64,000 bases of DNA from Octopus bimaculoides (Eukaryota): positions 10,840,486 to 10,904,485 of the forward strand of contig NC_069007.1 of NCBI RefSeq assembly GCF_001194135.2, in the 5' to 3' direction. The stretch's first letter is position 1. Each line of letters starts with the position of its first letter. The notes beneath the pieces were generated by a model. It was not told where the DNA came from and did no database searches. It saw nothing but the letters and a program-made list of their open reading frames with translations. The position numbers and the translations under genes were made by a program. Below, piece by piece: positions 62,526-64,000 of this stretch.

Positions 62526-63009
62526 GTATTCCACTTTTTCCAAATGCTGCCCCTCTCCTCTCGTGACCCTCCGCATTCAACTCCTTTACCATCATTTTGC
62601 CTGTTACTTGATTGTAGAATTGTGGACCTGCTCCATCCAAAAGGGTCATTCAGATGCCCCCACACACAGGTTGCATTTATCTCCCATTCTTTCCTTCCTT
62701 CCCCATCTGCTGCTGTTATCTTCCTTTCTTTTCCTCAATGACAGTGTTACAATGTGTGCCACCCGAGGGTGGCAGCTCTTCGGCTTGCCTCCACCCCCTG
62801 CGGCCCTCCCCCTCCTCAAGCCTGTACAGACTTACACAGGAAACCCTAAAGTGCTAACTATATTAACCCCATCCACTGGATGTGTTACTGCCTTTTCTTC
62901 CTCCCGCCATCTTCGTCATCACCCCTATCGCTTATCCTCTGTGCCGCACCTCTCCTCCCTCTTCCTCCTTCTCCCTCATCCCCTCCCATGTTGACACATA
63001 CATCAATGC

Positions 63010-63297
63010 AGACACACTAACAACTACACACATACACACACACACCCTAGCACATACACATACTGACACACACATACACTGACACACAGTGGCACACACA
63101 CGCACACACATACACACACTCACACATACACATACTGACACACACATATATACTGATATACACATACACTGTCACACACACACACACACACACACAGACA
63201 CGCACATGCATACCCACACACACATACACACACACTAGTGCATACAAATACTGACATACATATACAGTGATACACACATACACTGCCACCCATAGTG

Positions 63298-63331
<34 letters not shown>

Positions 63332-63932
63332 ACACACACACACACACTGACACACACACACACTCACATGCAAATGCACAGACACATACACACATCCTGA
63401 CATATATATATACAGTGATACTCACACTGCCACACATAGTGGCACACACACACACACATACACTGACACACACATGCACACATACAGACACACACACATA
63501 TACTGACACACACACGCACGTGTACACACACACAGCAACAACGTTACAACACACCAGTGAGTGCACACATACACACTGCTGTGTTGGTGTTACTTAACAC
63601 GTGATATGTTAATTAAAATACACCTCGTTTAATGAACACTTCGTTTAACAAACACTTTAGTATTGAATCTAATCAACTTTCAATCAAGCTGTAGATTGTA
63701 TATGCTGTGTGTGCGTGTGTGTGTGTGTAAACGTGTGTGTGTGTGTGCGTGTGTGTGTGTGTATAATGGATGTGTGTGAATATTGATATCACAATTATTA
63801 TTAGTGTGTATGTCTCTGTATGCGTATATTGTTTTACACACACACACACACACACACATGCACACACACACACAGACACACACATATATATATATATATA
63901 TACAAACGCACAGACACACACTCACACACACA

Positions 63933-63993
<61 letters not shown>

Positions 63994-64000
63994 GTATGTA
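63010..64000. repeat. (CA)/(TG)-based compound microsatellites
   Basis: Directly visible. Confidence 0.95.

Overview
AT-rich, gap-riddled eukaryotic genomic DNA. It is most likely an octopus draft assembly; this is inferred from the SINE families, the RTE tails and the extreme microsatellite density, and no search was run. I found no intact protein-coding gene, intact tRNA/rRNA gene or CRISPR array. Nearly all long ORFs in the track are microsatellite or N-gap artefacts. The window is a layered transposon graveyard. DNA transposons: mariner (2), Tigger/pogo relics and MITEs, maT DD37D, three hAT transposase types, piggyBac-type MITEs and a Helitron. Retroelements: a Gypsy integrase relic, Penelope (GIY-YIG plus hammerhead-like LTR motifs), RTE, R4/Dong-like RLE LINEs, a CRE-like RLE and at least five SINE-like families (labelled A-D and F by me; the RTE-tail family is listed separately). 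The most interesting structures are a nest of R4-like LINEs in (CATA)n tracts with a microhomology-primed templated insertion, minisatellites born inside TE coding sequence, and hammerhead-like motifs. Also notable are a Helitron with a perfect 91-bp mini-element at its 3' end, a 56-bp foldback inverted repeat, and a few low-confidence host-exon candidates, one with a single UAG in a 125-codon frame. TE assignments come from manual translation and recognition of family motifs. Boundaries are approximate unless termini are quoted.
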